Source: Escherichia coli (GTDB lineage: Bacteria > Pseudomonadota > Gammaproteobacteria > Enterobacterales > Enterobacteriaceae). From it: a stretch of 64,000 nt of DNA. A program made the translations under genes and the position numbers. The stretch is taken from NCBI RefSeq assembly GCF_045037415.1, contig NZ_CP173438.1; one strand, given 5' to 3'. The notes under the pieces were generated by a model. The model had not been told where the DNA came from. It did no database searches and saw only the letters and a program-made list of their open reading frames with translations. Of the stretch, positions 60,374 to 64,000 are shown in pieces; position 1 is the first letter of the stretch; every line of letters starts with the position of its first letter.

Positions 60374-62869
60374 ATGTTAACGATTCAATTTCTCTGTCCT
60401 TTGCCTAACGGTCTACATGCTCGTCCGGCGTGGGAACTTAAAGAGCAGTGCAGCCAGTGGCAAAGCGAAATCACTTTTATTAACCATCGCCAGAACGCAA
60501 AGGCCGATGCGAAAAGCTCGCTGGCGCTGATTGGCACTGGCACTTTATTTAATGACAGTTGCAGCCTGAACATTAGCGGTAGCGATGAAGAGCAGGCGCG
60601 GCGAGTGCTGGAAGAGTATATCCAGGTGCGCTTTATCGACAGCGATAGCGTCCAGCCGACGCTGGCAGAACTGACGGCGCATCCGCTGCCGCGTTCATTA
60701 AGCCGCCTGAACCCGGATTTACTGTACGGCAACGTGCTGGCAAGCGGCGTTGGCGTGGGTACACTGACCCTGTTACAGAGCGACAGCCTCGACAGTTATC
60801 GGGTGATCCCTGCGAGTGCGCAAGATTCCACCCTACTGGAGCACAGTCTGGCAACGCTTGCCGAGCAACTGAACCAGCAATTGCGTGAGCGTGACGGCGA
60901 AAGCAAAACTATCCTCAGCGCCCATTTGTCGCTGATTCAGGATGATGAATTTGCAGGCAATATCCGTCACCTGATGGCAGAACAGCATCAGGGGCTGGGG
61001 GCGGCGATCATCAGCAATATGGAGCAGGTTTGTGCCAAACTTTCTGCTTCTGCCAGCGATTATCTGCGCGAGCGGGTCAGCGACATTCGCGATATCAGCG
61101 AACAGTTGCTGCATATCACCTGGCCGGAACTAAAACCGCGCAATAATCTGGTGCTTGAAAAACTGACCATTCTGGTGGCTGAAGATTTAACCCCAAGCCA
61201 GTTTTTGAGCCTCGATTTAAAAAATCTTGCGGGCATGATTCTGGAGAAAACCGGGCGCACCTCGCATACCCTGATCCTGGCCCGCGCTTCGGCGATCCCG
61301 GTACTGAGCGGACTGCCGCTGGATGCGATTGCCCGTTATGCCGGGCAACCTGCAGTGCTTGACGCCCAGTGCGGCGTGCTGGCGATTAACCCGAATGACG
61401 CGGTGAGCGGTTATTATCAGGTCGCGCAGACGCTGGCGGATAAACGCCAAAAACAACAGGCGCAAGCTGCCGCGCAGCTGGCCTATTCCCGTGATAACAA
61501 ACGTATTGATATTGCGGCGAATATTGGCACCGCTCTGGAAGCCCCAGGCGCGTTTGCTAACGGCGCGGAAGGCGTTGGGCTGTTTCGTACCGAAATGCTC
61601 TATATGGATCGCGACAGCGCGCCGGACGAGCAGGAACAGTTTGAAGCGTACCAGCAGGTGCTATTGGCGGCGGGCGACAAGCCGATTATCTTCCGCACGA
61701 TGGACATCGGTGGCGATAAAAGCATTCCTTACCTCAACATTCCCCAGGAAGAGAACCCGTTCCTCGGCTATCGCGCGGTACGTATTTACCCGGAATTTGC
61801 TGGCCTGTTCCGCACTCAATTGCGGGCGATTTTGCGCGCTGCCAGTTTCGGCAACGCCCAGTTGATGATCCCAATGGTCCACAGTCTCGATCAGATCTTA
61901 TGGGTGAAGGGTGAGATCCAAAAAGCGATCGTTGAGCTTAAGCGCGATGGCCTGCGTCATGCAGAGACGATTACGCTGGGTATCATGGTGGAAGTGCCGT
62001 CGGTGTGCTACATCATCGACCACTTCTGCGATGAGGTCGATTTCTTCAGTATCGGTTCTAACGATATGACCCAGTATCTGTATGCAGTCGATCGTAATAA
62101 CCCGCGCGTATCGCCGCTGTATAACCCGATTACGCCATCGTTCCTGCGCATGTTGCAGCAGATTGTTACCGCTGCGCATCAGCGCGGCAAATGGGTAGGT
62201 ATTTGCGGTGAACTGGGCGGTGAAAGTCGTTATCTGCCGCTACTGCTAGGGCTGGGGCTGGATGAGCTAAGCATGAGTAGCCCGCGTATTCCGGCAGTGA
62301 AAAGCCAGCTTCGTCAACTGGATAGCGAGGCGTGTCGGGAACTGGCGCGTCAGGCGTGCGAGTGCCGCAGCGCGCAGGAAATTGAAGCGTTACTTACCGC
62401 GTTTGCGCCGGAAGAAGACGTTCGCCCACTGCTGGCACTAGAGAATATCTTTGTTGATCAGTCCTTTAGTAATAAAGAGCAGGCGATCCAGTTCCTGTGC
62501 GGTAACCTCGGTGTTAACGGGCGTACTGAACATCCGTTCGAGCTGGAAGAAGATGTCTGGCAGCGGGAAGAGATTGTTACTACTGGCGTTGGTTTTGGCG
62601 TGGCGATCCCGCACACCAAATCACAGTGGATCCGTCATTCCAGTATCAGCATTGCCCGGTTGGTGAAACCGGTTGACTGGCAGTCAGAAATGGGCGAAGT
62701 CGAACTGGTGATCATGCTGACGCTGGGCGCTAACGAAGGGATGAATCATGTGAAAGTCTTCTCGCAGCTGGCGCGTAAACTGGTGAATAAAAACTTCCGC
62801 CAGTCGCTGTTTGCCGCGCAAGATGCACAAAGTATTCTGACGCTGCTGGAAACGGAATTAACCTTCTGA
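60374..62869 (+). CDS. fryA: PTS multiphosphoryl transfer protein FryA (HPr-like, EI-like and EIIA-Fru-like domains)
   Basis: 831 aa; N-terminal HPr-like (LHARPA), central EI-like, C-terminal EIIA. Confidence 0.85.
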   Translation: MLTIQFLCPLPNGLHARPAWELKEQCSQWQSEITFINHRQNAKADAKSSLALIGTGTLFNDSCSLNISGSDEEQARRVLEEYIQVRFIDSDSVQPTLAELTAHPLPRSLSRLNPDLLYGNVLASGVGVGTLTLLQSDSLDSYRVIPASAQDSTLLEHSLATLAEQLNQQLRERDGESKTILSAHLSLIQDDEFAGNIRHLMAEQHQGLGAAIISNMEQVCAKLSASASDYLRERVSDIRDISEQLLHITWPELKPRNNLVLEKLTILVAEDLTPSQFLSLDLKNLAGMILEKTGRTSHTLILARASAIPVLSGLPLDAIARYAGQPAVLDAQCGVLAINPNDAVSGYYQVAQTLADKRQKQQAQAAAQLAYSRDNKRIDIAANIGTALEAPGAFANGAEGVGLFRTEMLYMDRDSAPDEQEQFEAYQQVLLAAGDKPIIFRTMDIGGDKSIPYLNIPQEENPFLGYRAVRIYPEFAGLFRTQLRAILRAASFGNAQLMIPMVHSLDQILWVKGEIQKAIVELKRDGLRHAETITLGIMVEVPSVCYIIDHFCDEVDFFSIGSNDMTQYLYAVDRNNPRVSPLYNPITPSFLRMLQQIVTAAHQRGKWVGICGELGGESRYLPLLLGLGLDELSMSSPRIPAVKSQLRQLDSEACRELARQACECRSAQEIEALLTAFAPEEDVRPLLALENIFVDQSFSNKEQAIQFLCGNLGVNGRTEHPFELEEDVWQREEIVTTGVGFGVAIPHTKSQWIRHSSISIARLVKPVDWQSEMGEVELVIMLTLGANEGMNHVKVFSQLARKLVNKNFRQSLFAAQDAQSILTLLETELTF

Positions 62870-62871
62870 CG

Positions 62872-63729
62872 TTAGCCCTGAAAACGTGCGCTATACTCTC
62901 CCGGCGTCAGACCAAACTGACGCCGGAAAACGCGACAAAAATAGTCGCTATCCGGAAACCCGCAACGCTGCGCCACTTCATGAATCGACAGATGATATTT
63001 TTGCAAAATCATCCTCGCTTTTGCCATTCGTACCCAGCGAACATACTCGATAAAACGCATTGTTCCATGCTGAGCAAACAGTTTTGACAGATGATTTGGC
63101 GTGATATTAAAAAACTGCGCCACGCTCTCGCGGGTGAGCAGCTGGGCATAATTATCCTGAATCCAGTTACAAATGCTGTGATAGAGAAAATCGCCGCGCG
63201 GTTGCGAATTGCCCGGCGGCATATTCACCACGTTGCGGCAAAGATGCAGCAAACTTAACACCAGTGGCTGAATGATATTCTGCTCCAGCGGCGAACGGCT
63301 AAGATGGGTGAGGGCGGTAAGCATCGCTTCACCTTCACCGCGTTGCAGGCTGGGAAGCTGGATCTGGCGAGCAGGATGTAACAACGACGTGGTGCGGCTA
63401 TCGTAAAACGATAACCCAAGCCAGGTCGGTGCGAACACCAGGCTTAACAGCAGCACCGGTTTGTTGTTGACCGGTAAATTAGCCGCGCGTGCTGGAATAA
63501 ACAGCATTTCTCCTTCCACCATACGTTGCTGCTTTGCTTCCAGCAGATTGCCGTATTCGCCGCGTAGCACGATATCCAGACGGGGAAAATCAATACATAA
63601 ACTGCCCACTGGCAATGAGGTAGGCTGGCTGGCAAACCAGACGCGCCCCAGTAGTTGCGGGTTAAGCACCAGGCCGCTGAACAGATCGGCGAAAAATTGT
63701 TGATCGGCGGGCAAGCCTGGTGCTTTCAT
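62872..63729 (-). CDS. ypdC: AraC-family transcriptional regulator YpdC
   Basis: 285 aa; C-terminal AraC HTH; convergent with fryA (2-bp gap). Confidence 0.85.
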   Translation of the reverse strand: MKAPGLPADQQFFADLFSGLVLNPQLLGRVWFASQPTSLPVGSLCIDFPRLDIVLRGEYGNLLEAKQQRMVEGEMLFIPARAANLPVNNKPVLLLSLVFAPTWLGLSFYDSRTTSLLHPARQIQLPSLQRGEGEAMLTALTHLSRSPLEQNIIQPLVLSLLHLCRNVVNMPPGNSQPRGDFLYHSICNWIQDNYAQLLTRESVAQFFNITPNHLSKLFAQHGTMRFIEYVRWVRMAKARMILQKYHLSIHEVAQRCGFPDSDYFCRVFRRQFGLTPGEYSARFQG

Positions 63730-63741
63730 GAAAGTTCCCGA

Positions 63742-64000
63742 TTAAAGATGCATTAACTGGCGGAATTCTTTAACTTTGCTGCAGCTGACCGGCACTTCAA
63801 AATCCAGATCTTTCAGCCGCAGAATATAGGTGTTATTAAACCACGGTTCGATCTCGCGGATTTTGTTCAGATTGACACAAAATGAGCGATGGCAGCGGAA
63901 AAAATGCGACGGCGGCAGCTTGCTGCAAAACTCGGTAATGTTCATCGGCATTACGTAGGATTCACGCCGCGTATAGACAAAGGTCATTTTCTCATGCGCT
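63742..64000 (-). CDS. ypdB: LytTR-family response regulator YpdB, C-terminal part (N-terminus lies beyond window end)
   Basis: Open frame runs to the window edge; LytTR-like C-terminal sequence; synteny next to ypdC. Confidence 0.75.
   Translation of the reverse strand, partial: AHEKMTFVYTRRESYVMPMNITEFCSKLPPSHFFRCHRSFCVNLNKIREIEPWFNNTYILRLKDLDFEVPVSCSKVKEFRQLMHL

Overview
This window is recognisable core Escherichia coli chromosome, syntenic with the K-12 map from maeB to ypdB and reverse-complemented relative to MG1655. I found no evidence of a previously undescribed system: every ORF over about 100 aa is accounted for by a known gene. Gene order is: maeB 3' end; the complete 17-gene ethanolamine-utilisation microcompartment operon eutSPQTDMNEJGHABCLKR; hemF-amiA; ypeA-yfeZ-yfeY-yfeX; murQP; ucpA; cysPUWAM; yfeK; pdxK; ptsHI-crr; cysK; cysZ; zipA; ligA-ypeB; yfeH; yfeR; yfeN; xapABR; a tRNA Val-Val-Lys cluster; gltX; yfeCD; two tRNA-Ala; pdeA(yfeA); nupC; mntH; ypeC; yfeO; glk; fryBC-ypdFE-fryA; ypdC; ypdB 3' part. 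There are no transposase, integrase, phage or CRISPR signatures. The things worth a second look are differences from the K-12 layout as I recall it: three compact junctions where K-12 carries yfeW, murR and yfeS (yfeW is reduced to a 29-codon signal-peptide stub), no CPZ-55 prophage between eutA and eutB, no IS186 between nupC and pdeA, and two rather than three tRNA-Val copies. Also noted: a small XapX-like ORF, the yfeC/yfeD paralog pair, and the cryptic fry PTS/peptidase operon. Gene identities come from reading the supplied translations against remembered protein families and K-12 synteny; no database search was run. The ORF track reports GTG/TTG starts as M, so several starts were moved to the internal ATG matching known protein lengths.
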